Positions 29,767 through 40,889 of a stretch of 64,000 bases of DNA are shown one piece after another. A program made the translations under genes and the position numbers. Source of the DNA: an uncultured delta proteobacterium (GTDB lineage: Bacteria; Desulfobacterota; RBG-13-43-22); NCBI GenBank assembly GCA_963790475.1, contig CAWBOS010000010.1:768001-832000 (forward strand). Direction: 5' to 3'. The stretch's first letter is position 1. Each line of letters begins with the position of its first letter. The notes beneath the pieces were generated by a model that was not told where the DNA came from, searched no databases, and saw nothing but the letters and a program-made list of their open reading frames with translations.

Positions 29767-30234
29767 TTATCTTTGGTCTCTACCACCATGACCCCCATGT
29801 TCCCATCCACGGTCATCTCTCCAATGGCCGCCTCTCCAGTGTCGATCCAGGTCACCGTGAGGAATTGGATGATAATTCCACGGTTGACCCCGCCACATAT
29901 GGTTTCTATAGTTATCTCTCCAGTCATGAGGTATCCCTCTATACCAGACAGGAGAACCATGAAAATAAACCCATCCACGATCATGATATCTTGAACGATA
30001 CCAACGATTGTCCCAATGTCTCCACCACCAACCTCGTTGGAAGAATATTTCTGCTTCTACATCAGGAACTGCGTATACATCAGTTCCGGGCAGTACCACC
30101 ACGGGAGGTGGGGCAATAAATGGAATTGGCGGAGGTAAAGGAACGTTTATACGAACATTAACCCCTGCCATTGATATAACCGGGAGCATCGTTATCCCCC
30201 ATAAAATAATTGCACCCAATAATAACTTTTTCAT
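29767..30234 (-). CDS. Exported Trp/Arg/His-rich low-complexity protein
   Basis: Signal peptide, VNVRINVPLPPP, VYAVPD, GWWWR..RWYRS; RBS AAGGAGG. Confidence 0.8.
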   Translation of the reverse strand: MKKLLLGAIILWGITMLPVISMAGVNVRINVPLPPPIPFIAPPPVVVLPGTDVYAVPDVEAEIFFQRGWWWRHWDNRWYRSRYHDRGWVYFHGSPVWYRGIPHDWRDNYRNHMWRGQPWNYHPIPHGDLDRHWRGGHWRDDRGWEHGGHGGRDQR

Positions 30235-30593
30235 TTTTTTTATCCTCCTTTCAAAGGGATCTTATCTAATGTAAACTTACAAAACCCTTTCCATCTTTTT
30301 ATCTTTTGTCATTTGGACGTGTTAAAATAGAAAGAGTTAAATTTTTTTTGAAATTGAGAAATGGGGTCTGATATTCTTCCATGGAAATCCTTGGAAGATT
30401 TCTTTTCCGGCTTCTTCCTGTTCAAAATGAGTCAATAGACAAAAACGACAATACAGGAAGCTTCACTAATATTGCGAGGTTTGTCCGTTCATGGCCTCAT
30501 GCCCCGTTTGATTGGACCCAGTTGACTGGGGAGCAGGCGATAGGCGGTTTCCACCCATTCGCAGAGCAGGGGCCGGGTATCACGGGGAAGGCG

Positions 30594-31799
30594 TCAAGCC
30601 CCAAGGCCGAATTTTCGCATAAACCGCTTGAACCAACTGGCTTTGGATACGGCCCTTGGAGAAATGATATCCACTTTGCCGGCCCATTCATTGTCGACCT
30701 TGAAGATCAGTTCTCCGAGTTTTTGTCCTTGTTTGATCTCTCCTTTCAACTTTCCCGGTAACCGTATTTCCTTAGTGACGACCCCTTTATTAATGATGGG
30801 GATCGAATAAGAAACATTCGCTCCGGCTACCCCCTTGATCTTCCCCGGTTCACCCTCTGGTAAAACGATTTCCTGGTCGATCAGGTCTCCCTTTTTAATC
30901 AGGTCCACTGTTTTATATTGGGAAAAGGCCGTTTTAAATTTTTCCAGCACAAAATTGTCCCGCGTCCGGGCCCGGGAACTTCCCAGGACCACGACAATGA
31001 GTCGTAAATCTTTTTTTACGGCCGTGGCCACGATGTTAAACCCGGTTTCCCGGTAATAGCCGGTTTTCAGGCCATCCATTTCGGGCATTCGATACAGGAG
31101 TTTATTATGATTGTTCATGATGAACTGGTTATTTCTGAATCCTTCGGACTTGATCGAGGTCCATTCCAGGATTTTCGGAAATTTTAAAAGTTCCCGGGAC
31201 AGGATCGCCAAGTCGTTGCAAGAGCTGAGATCCTCCTGTTGACCTTGGGAGGGCGGGAGACCGTGGACGGAATGAAATTCCGTATCGGCCAGATTCAAGG
31301 CCTTGGCCTTCTGGTTCATCAGTTGAATAAAAGCATCCTTGGACCCGGCGATGTGTTCGGCCACGGCATAGGCCGCATCGTTGGCCGAGGCCACCATGAC
31401 CGCCTTCATCAATTGTTCCAGGGTGAAGGTTTCCCCCTCTTTGAGATAGACCTGGCTTCCCCCGATCTTGGAACTTTCTTTGGATACGGTTATCGTATCG
31501 GTTAATTTCACCTCCCCCCTGGAGAGTTTGTCCAAAACCACATAAGCCACCATGAGCTTGACCACACTGGCCGGAGCGCGTTTCAGTCGTATGTTTTCGC
31601 CCTCCAGGACCTTCCCGGTACGGGCATCCATAACCAGATAAGCCTTGTAGGGCTCTTCTTTGACTACAGAGGTTTTTTGGGTTTTGGCTGGGGAAGCCAC
31701 TTTTTTTGAGGCCCGGACATTCTTATGGGAGACCGGGCGGCCATCTACCAGGCCCGCACAGAAGAGGATGATGAACACTACTACCAAACATTTTTTCAT
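30594..31799 (-). CDS. D-alanyl-D-alanine carboxypeptidase (PBP5-like)
   Basis: PASVVK (SxxK), SAN, KTG, PBP5-like C-terminal domain. Confidence 0.93.
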   Translation of the reverse strand: MKKCLVVVFIILFCAGLVDGRPVSHKNVRASKKVASPAKTQKTSVVKEEPYKAYLVMDARTGKVLEGENIRLKRAPASVVKLMVAYVVLDKLSRGEVKLTDTITVSKESSKIGGSQVYLKEGETFTLEQLMKAVMVASANDAAYAVAEHIAGSKDAFIQLMNQKAKALNLADTEFHSVHGLPPSQGQQEDLSSCNDLAILSRELLKFPKILEWTSIKSEGFRNNQFIMNNHNKLLYRMPEMDGLKTGYYRETGFNIVATAVKKDLRLIVVVLGSSRARTRDNFVLEKFKTAFSQYKTVDLIKKGDLIDQEIVLPEGEPGKIKGVAGANVSYSIPIINKGVVTKEIRLPGKLKGEIKQGQKLGELIFKVDNEWAGKVDIISPRAVSKASWFKRFMRKFGLGA

Positions 31800-32010
31800 A
31801 ATTTTGATACTCCATAAAGTTTCTAAAAGGTTGACCGATTAGGCCCTGAAAAGTGTTTTGAATATAAAATGTAATAGTCCAATGGTCAAGGGCAAACTTC
31901 GATATGGTAATTTATGGTCGGTGATGAAGTGGACTCTTACCAGGCTGTGGAATTTTCCTTAGGAGCGGGAAGTGGGTAATCGGGGTGTTGCTCCCGGATT
32001 TGAGCGTGAT

Positions 32011-33024
32011 CTAATCCGATCCTTTCCTGTCCAGATCTCTAAAGGCGGTCATCAGGCCCAGGCTGGTGGCTTCGACAATCCCTCTGATAATAGCCCGGGT
32101 CAGACAGTCGGCCGCGGCCCGGCCGATCTCATTCAGGGCGGGGGCTTTGGGGGCGGCGAAGAAACCTTCGGTGTCCGGAAGTTCTCGATTGTTGGTTGCC
32201 AGACAGAAGATAGTGTCCCCATCAAACATGGTGTGGGCCGGCCGTATGGCCCGGCCTAATCCATCCTGGGCCATCTGGGCCACTTTTTGCGTTTGGGCTT
32301 TATTTAAAACCGCGTCAGTGGCTATGACCCCGATGGTGGTGTTTGTTGAAGAAGAGGGCAGGGGAGCAGCGGGTAGCCTCACCGATCTTTTCCCAATGGA
32401 TCCGAATTCTCCTTCCCTTTCCAATCGGATCTCCCAAGGACGGCCGTTCAGCGGATCGATAACCGAGCCGAGGGAATTGACGGCCACCAGGGCAGCCACC
32501 TTTATCCCCGATCCAAGAATCTCGCTGGCCGTACCTAACCCGCCCTTGATGCCCCCGGAAAGGGCACCGGTCCCGGCACCGACAGAACCCAGAGGAAATG
32601 TTGCGGCTGTAGCCGCTTCACAGGCCATCCTGCCCCAGTCGGGGTTGGCCGGAGGGATAAAATCTTTCCCCCGGCCCAGGTCAAACAAGGCCGCACCTGG
32701 GACAATCGGGGCCACATGACCTTCCGGTAAAGGAAACCCCCAGCCCTTTTTCGCGAGCCACCTTACGACACCATCACAAGAGGCCAGCCCATAAACCGAA
32801 CCGCCGGTCAGAACAATGGCCTGGGCCTTTTCCACCAGATTCAAGGGCTGTAAGAGATCGGTTTCGCGAGTACCGGGGGCAGAACCCCGTACATCAACCC
32901 CCGCCGTTGCCCCCTGAGGACATAGAATGACTGTTACACCGCTGGCCGCTTCACTATTCGTATAATGCCCGACCAGTATCCTTTCCACATCGGTAATTGA
33001 ATTTTTTCTGCCGATTACCGTCAT
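32011..33024 (-). CDS. DmpA-like (P1/S58) aminopeptidase
   Basis: ITDV..ILVGH, DVRGSAPGTRETD, GSVGAGTG, NTTIGVIATD, HTMFDGD. Confidence 0.92.
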   Translation of the reverse strand: MTVIGRKNSITDVERILVGHYTNSEAASGVTVILCPQGATAGVDVRGSAPGTRETDLLQPLNLVEKAQAIVLTGGSVYGLASCDGVVRWLAKKGWGFPLPEGHVAPIVPGAALFDLGRGKDFIPPANPDWGRMACEAATAATFPLGSVGAGTGALSGGIKGGLGTASEILGSGIKVAALVAVNSLGSVIDPLNGRPWEIRLEREGEFGSIGKRSVRLPAAPLPSSSTNTTIGVIATDAVLNKAQTQKVAQMAQDGLGRAIRPAHTMFDGDTIFCLATNNRELPDTEGFFAAPKAPALNEIGRAAADCLTRAIIRGIVEATSLGLMTAFRDLDRKGSD

Positions 33025-33140
33025 TGGGCAAGCCCCTTTCAACAATATCAAAAAAATCAGCTTCTACGCCCCGTCCGTGAGTTCACCCGGAAGAGGTGGC
33101 CCCTGACAGGGCTTAAATTCGAATATTGCGTCAAAACCCA

Positions 33141-33213
33141 TCTTCGTCCGGACTTGACCCGGAATCCAGGAGTTTAAATCTCTCCTGGACCCCGGCTTTC
33201 GCCGGGGCGACGG
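33141..33213. repeat. REP/RPE-like palindromic element
   Basis: TCCGGACTTGACCCGGAATCCAGG...CCTGGACCCCGGCTTTCGCCGGGGCGAC, nested hairpins. Confidence 0.7.
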
Positions 33214-33312
33214 CAAAGAGGACTCTTAGCGATATGATTAAATAGAACGGCAAAACTTTGTCGATGTTGATTTACTAAGCGACTAATCCGATGCGGAAAC
33301 ATCGCCTTAAAA

Positions 33313-34167
33313 TCAGCGCTTGATAATCCCGCTGGCCCGGCCTTTTACGTTTGCGGTGCCATCCACCTGCTGGATGCGGAAGGCAAGAATCAGCCGGGTG
33401 CCCTCTTTGCTCTCGATTTTCTCTGAGATTGAAGCCCGGATGGTTATGGGCTGCTTCTGATGAACCGCCTTAACAAAGGCCAGTTCGATTTCCCCGCCGG
33501 TAAACCAGTCAGACCCGAAAAAATCCTCAAAATACTTGGAGAGATAGCCGCAGAGGACATAACCGGAAAGCAAGGCGGCCGGGTAGCCCTTGGTGCGGGC
33601 GTACTCATCTTTGTGACTGGAATCGGCCAGGAAGGGAAAATCATCCAATGCCCGCTGGAAGGCGGTTCTGGTAACCGAAGGTATTTCATGACCGGGTTTC
33701 AAGTCCTCCATTTTAGCCGGAGAAGTCGATCCTTTCACCTCCTGAACATCAGACCTTTTTTCAAGGCTCAGCAGGAAGTGGTCGGTTGTCCGTCTGATCT
33801 CGAGACCGTCTTCGTCAGTCATGAGAGTCTCAATGGCCGCGTATTCAAGTCCCTTTTTGATGTATTTATCAACCAGCACGCCGCTCAGAAACAGCTTCTT
33901 GTCGAGCTTCGCCGGGTTGATGTTTTTCTGGGAAAGCCTTGCGGGTACAGTAGCATGGGAGTCGTATTTTGAACCGATCATTCTCAGTCCGAGGAGGGTT
34001 CCCATGTACATGGCCGGGTAAACCGGTCCGCCCCAGGGCGATTCCTTGGTATGAATCGGATCTAATTCATCCATTTCGCAGGTAAAGTATCGCTCGATGT
34101 AGGGTAACTCCAACGGTCCGTATTGGTCGCCGGTCTTCAGTTCTTCCCAGGGGATGTATTTTGACAT
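33313..34167 (-). CDS. Double hot-dog (MaoC-like) protein
   Basis: Two hot-dog repeats: DPIHTKESPWGG and SHKDEYARTKGY...LAFVKAV. Confidence 0.75.
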   Translation of the reverse strand: MSKYIPWEELKTGDQYGPLELPYIERYFTCEMDELDPIHTKESPWGGPVYPAMYMGTLLGLRMIGSKYDSHATVPARLSQKNINPAKLDKKLFLSGVLVDKYIKKGLEYAAIETLMTDEDGLEIRRTTDHFLLSLEKRSDVQEVKGSTSPAKMEDLKPGHEIPSVTRTAFQRALDDFPFLADSSHKDEYARTKGYPAALLSGYVLCGYLSKYFEDFFGSDWFTGGEIELAFVKAVHQKQPITIRASISEKIESKEGTRLILAFRIQQVDGTANVKGRASGIIKR

Positions 34168-34686
34168 ACTTTTTCCTTCACCAACGAATGTCGGCTATTA
34201 GCATTCGTTGGTACTTGCTAAAAGTTATTCTGCCTTAAAATTTTTACCGTGCTTCTTAATGGGAGTCAAGGGTAAATATCCGGTTAATAAAACCCTTCAA
34301 GTTTTTTCGAAAATTACTTCAACGCACTGAATTCAATGAGGACACTACCGATGCTTCAAATTGCATAGAAATGAGGGCAAGCAGTTTTTATTTTTGACAA
34401 AGCTCCTGACAGACGTTACTATAATATTGAAGCATTTGTTCTCCCAGATTGGGGATATGAGTTCATTCCGTCTGAGGTGAGACCAGCCAATCTAAGGCAT
34501 AGAAGTTTTTTTCTTGTCGGGGTCTTTGGATCAGCAGATGGTCTGGGATTCTTCTGGGAGATTAGGATATCCGTTCTTGGGCGGCGGCAAGGATTTCCAT
34601 TTATTTCTGGGATGGTTTCATCATCTCTAAGCAACCGAGTCAATGGAGGATGGACTTGGCAGAAGACCTGAACCGGAGGAAGGATT

Positions 34687-35880
34687 ATGATGCAGAGCAG
34701 AACGTTTGTTGCCGTTTTAGTGCTGACTTATCTGATTCTTATCGGTATTACAGCCGATGGGTACTCCCAGCAGCAATCAGACCCTCTTAAAACCCCTGGA
34801 AAAGAACAGCCGTCCACTGCCAAACAGCCCGCTTTGAGATCGCCGCGACGGGAGGGGATCGGGCTTCAGGTAATTGTGGACCTGAGTGTGAGCCCACTCG
34901 TCTATACAGGCTCGTGCCCGGCAGTTTTCACCTTCAAAGGTCGGATTTATGCGAACAAGGCTACGGAGGTTTTGTACAAGTTTATCCGGAGTGACAGTGT
35001 CCAGTCGCAGGTAAAATCTCTCGTCTTTGAGAAAGAAGGGCGTCAGGAGGTGACCTATACCTGGCAAGTGGGTGACCCGGCTAAGCTTCCGAAATTCAGC
35101 GGGGCTGTAGTCATGCAGGTCATCTACCCGCTGAATATGATGGTCCAATCGAACGAAGCTATTTTCAGGGGCAATTGCACGGGCCCGGGGAAGACTGGGC
35201 CGGAAAATCGTGCGGGTCAGCGAACAGTCCAGCAGGGGCCACCAACAGCCCCGAGCTCCTTTCCTTCGCCCACAGGGAAAGAGGGAGGACAACCTCCAAT
35301 GCCCTTTCCTTCAACCGCAGGTCAGCAGGGACAACCTGCAATGACCTTTCCTTCAACCACTGGCCAACAGGGACAACCTCCCATGGGCTTTCCTCCACCC
35401 TCGGGCCAGCAGGGAAAGCCGGCAACGGGAGACGGAGATTGCTTTACCTTCAACCCCGCTGCAACGAAGGTCCAGCAGAGTCAGGGGAGCTGGTCCTTAG
35501 TCGATGGCCCCCGCACCTTGTTCAGTTTTGGCGTAGACAGGATTGAGGCAGAGAATACCCTGGCCATCCTGAAACATTACGGGATGGACCGTTCATGTTT
35601 TGTGGGCCATCCCAGGCCCTCTTTTCATTATATGCTGGCCGGTGGTTCTCCGCCGGTGGGCCCTTTCCCGGGCGAGGATTGCCGTTCTTTCAACCCGGCC
35701 ATGACCTCTGCCCTGTGGATCAAGGGCTGGAGGCTTGTGGACGGCAACAACGCTCTGTTTGAGTTCGGCACGGATAAAGACGGCGCAGACCAGGCTTTGG
35801 CGATCATTAAGAGATACGGTTTCACGCACTCCTGCAGGATGGCCCGCGGCAAAGTCGATTTCCTCTATTTGCGCAAGTAG
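34687..35880 (+). CDS. Exported protein with Pro/Gln linker and two Cys-bracketed repeats
   Basis: Signal peptide; three 14-aa GQPxMxFPxxxGQQ units; two DC..FNPA...W.LVDG...LF.FG.D...LAI.K.YG....C domains. Confidence 0.75.
   Translation: MMQSRTFVAVLVLTYLILIGITADGYSQQQSDPLKTPGKEQPSTAKQPALRSPRREGIGLQVIVDLSVSPLVYTGSCPAVFTFKGRIYANKATEVLYKFIRSDSVQSQVKSLVFEKEGRQEVTYTWQVGDPAKLPKFSGAVVMQVIYPLNMMVQSNEAIFRGNCTGPGKTGPENRAGQRTVQQGPPTAPSSFPSPTGKEGGQPPMPFPSTAGQQGQPAMTFPSTTGQQGQPPMGFPPPSGQQGKPATGDGDCFTFNPAATKVQQSQGSWSLVDGPRTLFSFGVDRIEAENTLAILKHYGMDRSCFVGHPRPSFHYMLAGGSPPVGPFPGEDCRSFNPAMTSALWIKGWRLVDGNNALFEFGTDKDGADQALAIIKRYGFTHSCRMARGKVDFLYLRK
35287..35412 (+). repeat. 3 x 42-bp in-frame tandem repeat
   Basis: Units begin GGACAACCT and end CAG. 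Confidence 0.8.
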
Positions 35881-35952
35881 CGGGTAGGGTGTATAGAAAG
35901 TGGGTTCAAGTCCGTCCGAGGGCGGGAGGACCCATATTCGGCGCTACTGCTC

Positions 35953-38900
35953 CTATGGGGTTATTTCTTTGGCCAGCGATCTTTTTCTCCAGAGTATGTA
36001 GATGGCGGGATAGATGGTGAGCTCGAGGACGGTGGAGGTCACGAGACCGCCTATCATCGGCGCAGCGATACTCTTCATGATCTCCGAACCGACCCCGGTG
36101 CTGAAGAGGATGGGAACGAGGCCAAAGAGCATGGTCCCTACTGTCATGATCTTGGGCCGGAGCCTTTTTACCGCACCATGCCTGACGGCTTCCTCCAGGT
36201 CGGAAAGGCCCTTCAACCTCCCTTCCTCTTTCCAGCGGTCGTAGGAAAGATCGAGGTAGAGCAGCATCACTACTCCGGTCTCCGCATCCAGCCCGGCCAG
36301 GGCGATGATACCCACCCAGACCGCGGTGCTCATGTGGTATCCGAGGAGGTAAAGGAGCCAGAAAGAGCCCACCAGGGAGAAGGGGACGGCAAGAAGGATA
36401 ATAGCGGTCTTCACATACGACCTGGTGCTGAGATAGAGGATGATGACTATCAGGAGGATGGTAAGGGGTACGACGGTCTTGAGATGTTTGCGGATACTCT
36501 GGATGCGCTCGTAGTCGCCACTCCATTCGAGGCGATAGCCCTCGGGAACCTTGAAAGAGGCCAACCGTTTCTTGGCTTCCTTGATATAGGTTCCGGCATC
36601 CCCCGCGGCGTAATCTATGTAGATGTACCCGGTGAGCATCCCTGCCTCGCTCTTGATCTGGGTTGGTCCGTTGACAATCCTGATATCCGCCAGTTGCGAA
36701 AGGGGTACCTGGGCGGAACCGGGGGAGGTAGCCGCGGGCAGGTCGGGCTGACCGGCCGGAAAAGAAACGGGGACAAGGACCCTCTTCAGGGTATCAACAT
36801 CGCCACGTAGTTCCCGGGCATAGCGGATATTGACGGGATAACGCCCTCTCCCCTCGATGGTGGTGGTTACATTGAGGCCCCCGACGGATGACTGGATAAT
36901 ATCGTTGACGTCATCCACGGTAAGGCCGTAACGGGCAGCTTTTTCCCTGTCGACGGTGATGTCGAGAAAATAGCCCGTATTTACCCTTTCGGCATAGACG
37001 CTTCTGGTATTGGGTACCTCCTTCAGGAGTTTTTCAACGGCAATATCGATTTTTTCGATCTCTTCAATACTGGGGCCGAAGATTTTCATCCCCAGGGGCG
37101 TTCGTATGCCTGTGGAAAGCATGTCGATTCTCGCTTTGATGGGCGAGGTGAAGGAATTGACCACTCCGGTCATCGTCAGAGCCTCATTCATCTCCATGGT
37201 CAGTTCCTCGACGGTCATCCCTTTTCGCCATTGCGACTTGGGTTTCAGGTTGATGATCGTTTCGAACATCTCCAGAGGGGCCGGGTCGGTGGCGGTCTCG
37301 GCGCGGCCCGACTTGCCGAACACTTGGGAGACTTCAGGGAAGCCCTTCAGTATTTTGTCCTGTTTCTGAAGCAGGGAAGAGACCTCCGAAATGGCCACGC
37401 CGGGGGCAGTGACCGGCATGTAGAACAGGGCTCCTTCGAAGAGAGCGGGCATCGACTCGTATCCCAGTCTGAAAAGCGGATAGGCGGTTATTCCCATGAG
37501 GATCAGCGCCCCGATGAGCACTTTTTTAGGGGACCCGAGGCTGAGACGTACCACCGGATCATAGATTCTCTGAAGCAGGCGATTCACCGGGTTGTCCTGC
37601 TCCGGCCGTATGTGTCCTCTAATGAAAATGGTCATGAGGGCAGGGGTGAGTGTGATCGGCCAGGCAGGACGCGGCCAGCATGGCGAAGGTCTTGGCATAG
37701 GCCAGAGGCCTGAAGAGCCTTCCTTCCTGGCCCAGGAGGGTAAAAATAGGCAGAAAGGCCACGGTAATGACTATGAGCGCGAAGAACAGCGAAGGCCCCA
37801 CCTCTTTGGCGGCTCCAACGATGATGTCGATCCGGTTGACGGTTGTCGGTTGCCGGTCCTGCGTCCCCGGGGCCTGACCATTGGCTTTAGGTCCGTCGTT
37901 GGACGGTGATAACCCGTAACCGGCCTGTTCCAGCTTCTTGTGTGCGTTTTCCACCATAATGATGGAGGCATCCACAAGTACACCTATGGAAATGGCGATT
38001 CCGCTGAGGCTCATGATGTTGGAGGTGACTCTCAGGTAGTAGAGGAAAATAAAGGAGATGAGAACCGCGCCCGGGAGCGTGAGGATAACGACCAAGGCAC
38101 TGGGAAGATGAAAGAGAAAGACTATGCAGATAATGCTGACCACAACGAAGAGGATAATGATCTCGTTACGCAAGGTACCGACTGACTTGTATATGAGATC
38201 GGAGCGGTCATAGGTGGTGACAATCTTCACTCCTTTGGGGAGGCTGGGGGCGATATTATTATTGATCCTCTCCTTTACACGGTCAATGACGTTGAGAACG
38301 TTCTCTCCATACCTGATGACGACGATGCCTCCGGCCACTTCCCCTCTGCCGTCGAGATCGGCAATCCCCCGCCTTATCTCAGGTCCCAGCTGAACCCGGG
38401 CAACATCCTTCAAAAAAACCGGGGTTCCCGATCCGTCGCTGCCCACGGGAATGGTCTCCAGGTCCTTGATGTCCCGGATGTACCCCCGTCCCCGCACCAC
38501 ATACTCCGCACCTGAGAATTCCACTACCCGTCCCTCGACATCGCTGTTGCTTTTTCTTACCGCTTCAAATACTTTGTTGATCGGTATACCGTATGACAGG
38601 AGCCGGTTCGGGTCGACGATGATCTGGTATTGTTTCACGAAGCCGCCAATGCTGGCCACCTGGGCGACTCCGGGCACGCTCTCCAGGGCCAGCTTCAGGT
38701 TATAATCTTGAAGCGAGCGCATCTCCGATGGATCCCGATCCCCCTTTTCATCCACTAAAGCATAGCAGAATCCCCACCCGACACCCGAGGCATCAGGGCC
38801 GAGCACGGGGTTTACGTCAGCGGGTATCTTCCCTTTTACCGCCTGAAGATATTCCAGCACCCGGCTTCTCGCCCAGTAGATATCCGTTCCGTCTTTGAAT

Positions 38901-39187
38901 ATGACGTAGATGAAGGAGCTTCCCAGGAAGGAGAAACCCCGCACCGCCTTCACCCGTGGCGCGGCCAGGAGCGTGGCACTTATGGGGTAGGTTATCTGAT
39001 TCTCCACCAGGTCGGGGCTTCTGCCCTGCCAGTCCGCGTAGACGATGACCTGGGTGTCGCTCTGGTCGGGCAGGGCATCGAGGGAGCATTCACTGAGGGC
39101 CCAGTATCCCCAGCCCACCAGGATAACGACAAGGAGGATCGTTACCAGCCTGTTTTTGGCGCAGAGCTCGATGATCCGCGCTATCAT
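35953..39187 (-). pseudogene. cusA: CusA-type heavy-metal RND transporter, frameshifted near 37660
   Basis: ORFs 37619-39187 and 35953-37698 are the N- and C-halves. Removing one base gives MLAASCLA-ITLTPALM. DPAPLEMFET, IKARIDML and RLRPKIMT are present. Confidence 0.85.
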
Positions 39188-40392
39188 TGACCCGCACCCT
39201 TCAGCTTCGACTCTGAATCGATGAGGAAGACTGCCGACGAGGCCACTTTCTCTCCGGCTTTGAGACCGCTGAGGACTTCAACCATACCGTTGCCCCTGAC
39301 CCCGGCTTTGATTTGGCGGGCGGAGAAGGAGCCATCCCCCGTATCTACGTAGACGACCTGCTTCTTTCCCGTATCGAGGACGGCTGTTTCAGGTATGGTG
39401 AGTCTATTTCCCAGATCGAGCTCCATCTCCACGTCGGCAAACATCTGGGGCTTGAGGAGCAGGTTGGGATTGGGGATTACGAACCGTGCCTTGGCCGTCC
39501 GCGTCTGGCCCGACAAGGAAGGATAGACGAAATCGACCTTGGACGAGAATTCTTTCTGAGGATAGTAACTCAGTGTGATTTTGGCATTCTGACCGGCCTT
39601 AACAAAGGGTATCTCGTATTCATAGATATCCGCAAGCACCCAGACGGTCGAGAGGTCCACCACGTCGAATATCTTATCTCCCGGCGCCACCCGGGTCCCC
39701 TTGAAGACGGGCTTCTGAAAGACATATCCGTCGGCCGGGCTCTTAACCGTCAGGGTTCTTATCGGTTTCTTGCTGGTCTCTATCTCTTTCACCTGCTCGT
39801 CGGTGAATTCCCAGAGAGAGAATTTTTGTCTGGCGACATTAAACAGGCCTTCCAGGTCAAAGGTGGTCACCCTTCCCACAGTGCCATAGCGATCTCCCCA
39901 GCTGAACTCGACGTTTCTCTGGGAACGAAAACCCACGTTGGCCTGCATGGCCAGGAGATTGAGATATTCAAGCTGGACAGACATCAGTTCCGGACTGTAT
40001 ATTTCTGCCAACGGCGCGCCCTTTTGCACGTATTTTCCCGTGTAATCGGCATAGAGCTTTTCGATCCACCCTTCCACCTTAATGTTGACGGTGGTCAGTT
40101 TTCTCTCGTCGAATTCCACACGCCCCACGGTCCTGAGCGTCTTCTTCATTGGCAATATGGCCGCCGTAAAGGTTCTTATTCCCATCATCTGCTTCTTATC
40201 AGCCGAGACTTCTACTGATGGGGTTGGCTCCGGTTGGGCCGTGGCTGGTTGAGAAGCGCCGGCTGAGTTTGCCTCAGCCTTCCCCCCTGAGACCGGAAGG
40301 GATGGAGAGGGACCAGCGCCGTGTGAATAGAAGAGGTAAGCTCCGACGGCGATAAGAATTACCACTAAACCCGCGACATATGTTTTTTTCAT
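39184..40392 (-). CDS. cusB: CusB-type RND periplasmic adaptor
   Basis: KVEGWIEKLY, IYSPEL, DLSTVWV, LKPQMFA, FLIDSES; ATGA-coupled to cusA. Confidence 0.85.
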   Translation of the reverse strand: MKKTYVAGLVVILIAVGAYLFYSHGAGPSPSLPVSGGKAEANSAGASQPATAQPEPTPSVEVSADKKQMMGIRTFTAAILPMKKTLRTVGRVEFDERKLTTVNIKVEGWIEKLYADYTGKYVQKGAPLAEIYSPELMSVQLEYLNLLAMQANVGFRSQRNVEFSWGDRYGTVGRVTTFDLEGLFNVARQKFSLWEFTDEQVKEIETSKKPIRTLTVKSPADGYVFQKPVFKGTRVAPGDKIFDVVDLSTVWVLADIYEYEIPFVKAGQNAKITLSYYPQKEFSSKVDFVYPSLSGQTRTAKARFVIPNPNLLLKPQMFADVEMELDLGNRLTIPETAVLDTGKKQVVYVDTGDGSFSARQIKAGVRGNGMVEVLSGLKAGEKVASSAVFLIDSESKLKGAGQ

Positions 40393-40481
40393 CTCAGGAC
40401 ACCTCTCAGATAACAGGGTTGAAGGTTAACAGGGTTCCAAGGTTCAATGGTCGAGAACAACCCAGGGATTTCTGGTCAAAG

Positions 40482-40877
40482 TCACCTCACGTCGATGAGG
40501 ACCGTCATCCTGAGTTGCTTACTGCCTACGCCTCCCCTGATGACTATATTCCAGGGGCCTTTCATGATCAAGTTCATGGTTGTGCCATATCCTGAGCTGC
40601 GAGGGGATGCCTTCACCGTATAATTCATGGGCGGCATACCCGGCATGGGAGGCATAAAATAATTGACCGTCACCAGGGCATCAACCACATATTTTCCGGC
40701 GAAATCCTTGATTTCAACCCATAGGTCGTTCTTCCCCAGGATAGGAGGGTTCTGATTGATAGCCACATCCAGGGTGTAGCCGTCCACGGTTCGACGCACC
40801 GAAAAGTTTTTTCCATAGGTCGGGGTGACCAGGATCAGGATCAGGAGCGCAAGGGCCAATATCTTTATTTTATCCAT
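40482..40877 (-). CDS. YtkA/FixH-like periplasmic protein
   Basis: Signal peptide, NPPILGKN, YFMPPMPGMPPM, MKGPWN. Confidence 0.75.
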   Translation of the reverse strand: MDKIKILALALLILILVTPTYGKNFSVRRTVDGYTLDVAINQNPPILGKNDLWVEIKDFAGKYVVDALVTVNYFMPPMPGMPPMNYTVKASPRSSGYGTTMNLIMKGPWNIVIRGGVGSKQLRMTVLIDVR

Positions 40878-40889
40878 CTATCCACCGCC

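Noticed and set aside
29739-30119. His-rich ORF ending RAVPP, like a RAPP-type arrest peptide
   Set aside because: Lies antisense to the better supported 29767-30234 gene, which has an RBS and signal peptide.
32066-32719. 217-aa plus-strand ORF
   Set aside because: Antisense shadow of the DmpA-like gene.
35287-35412. 42-bp repeats as CRISPR or DGR repeats
   Set aside because: Tandem, in frame and coding; no spacers or reverse transcriptase.
39313-40218. 301-aa plus-strand ORF
   Set aside because: Antisense shadow of cusB with no motifs.
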